Shown here one piece after another: positions 42,979-43,611 of a stretch of 43,611 bases of DNA; position 1 is the first letter of the stretch, and each line of letters starts with the position of its first letter. Position numbers and translations under genes: made by a program. Source of the stretch: an uncultured Nitrospirales bacterium (GTDB lineage: Bacteria; Hydrogenedentota; Hydrogenedentia; Hydrogenedentales; CAITNO01). The DNA is taken from the NCBI GenBank assembly GCA_964493075.1, contig CAZBNU010000005.1:1184-44794 (forward strand), written 5' to 3'. Below the pieces are notes generated by a model. The model did no database searches. It worked only from the letters and a program-made list of their open reading frames with translations, and had not been told where the DNA came from.

Positions 42979-43611
42979 CCGTTAAAAAACATTTTGACCG
43001 ACCTGAATCCTTATGCGATGTGCCAAATTTGTATTGTGCCGGTTGCGGTCACGGTATTGCGCACCGCCTGGTGGCAGAAGCCATCGATCACTTCGGTGTT
43101 CGGGATCAGGCTGTTGCTATTGCGCCAGCTGGCTGCAGCGTATTGCTGTACAATTATTTTGATACGGACAGCATCGAATCGGCTCATGGGCGTGCCCTTG
43201 CAGTAGGTACCGGCATGAAACGCGCGAATCCCGATCTCTTCATCTATACCTATCAGGGCGACGGTGATTTGGCCAGCATAGGCATGTGTGAAACCATCCA
43301 CACTGCCAATCGCGGCGAAAACATCACGGCCATATTTATTAACAATGCCGTTTACGGGATGACCGGCGGCCAGATGGCCCCCACCACATTGCCGGGACAG
43401 CGGACCACGACAACGCCATCTGGAAGAAATATCGAGAAGGAAGGGGCGCCAATCAAGATGGCGGAAATGATGGCCACTTTCGATGGTGTGGCGTACAGCG
43501 AGCGGGTCGCTCTGTATAATCCCCGCGAGATACGGAAAGCCCGTAAAGCGGTATTTAAAGCCTTTGAGGCGCAGATCAACAGGCAAGGGCTGGGTTTCGT
43601 GGAAATTCTGG
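42975..43611 (+). CDS. 2-oxoacid:ferredoxin oxidoreductase beta (TPP-binding) subunit, 3'-truncated by the window edge; absent from the ORF track
   Basis: My own translation from the ATG at 42975 (AAGGAGAG upstream, ATGA overlap with the alpha stop) is [40 protein letters not shown]...[44 protein letters not shown]... It is open to the end of the window. YCAGCGHG and GDGD...NN are the cluster/TPP-binding signatures of OFOR beta subunits. Confidence 0.85.
   Translation, partial: [212 protein letters not shown]

Noticed and set aside
43011-43586. 191-aa minus-strand ORF at the window end
   Set aside because: The plus strand here encodes the OFOR beta subunit ([8 protein letters not shown], GDGD...NN), coupled by ATGA to the alpha subunit. 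The track simply cannot list an ORF without a stop.

Overview
This is a 43.6-kb, gene-dense bacterial chromosomal segment, roughly 50-55% GC by eye. It holds about 33 protein-coding genes and one tRNA (Leu-CAG). I found no rRNA, CRISPR array, integrase or transposase, and no recognisable defence or prophage island. Most genes are housekeeping: rnhA, tadA, coaD, queF, ahcY, cmk, recJ, parA-parB, serS, a Sir2 deacylase, and the delta-alpha-beta subunits of a 2-oxoacid:ferredoxin oxidoreductase. These are interleaved with envelope and secreted functions: a ceramidase-like hydrolase, a PQQ-like beta-propeller, a DUF1080 lipoprotein, a GT-C/TPR membrane protein, an S45 acylase lipoprotein, a GH43+BNR fusion, an MscK-like channel, an SGNH hydrolase, and an LplT-PlsC-Aas triple fusion behind a MarR gene. 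There is also a larB-larC-coaD operon. The NWPQFRGP-type propeller, DUF1080 and exosortase-like genes are reminiscent of PVC-type or related uncultured heterotrophs, but the taxon cannot be determined from this window. Four items stand out. (1) A translationally coupled gene pair at 16689..18217 encodes a minimal exosortase/archaeosortase-core protein with an unusual about 170-aa extracytoplasmic insert, followed by a polytopic membrane partner. This is my best candidate for an undescribed system. (2) A ~250-bp inverted-repeat-rich non-coding element is present twice (853..1104 and 22141..22391). (3) The second copy of that element is bracketed by a perfect 22-bp direct repeat that duplicates the 3' end of ahcY. 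(4) A radical-SAM-like protein (4938..6575) lacks the canonical CxxxCxxC motif. The ORF track misses the open-ended beta subunit gene at 42975..43611. Several long track ORFs are antisense shadows of real genes. All family assignments come from motif recognition by eye. No database search was run.
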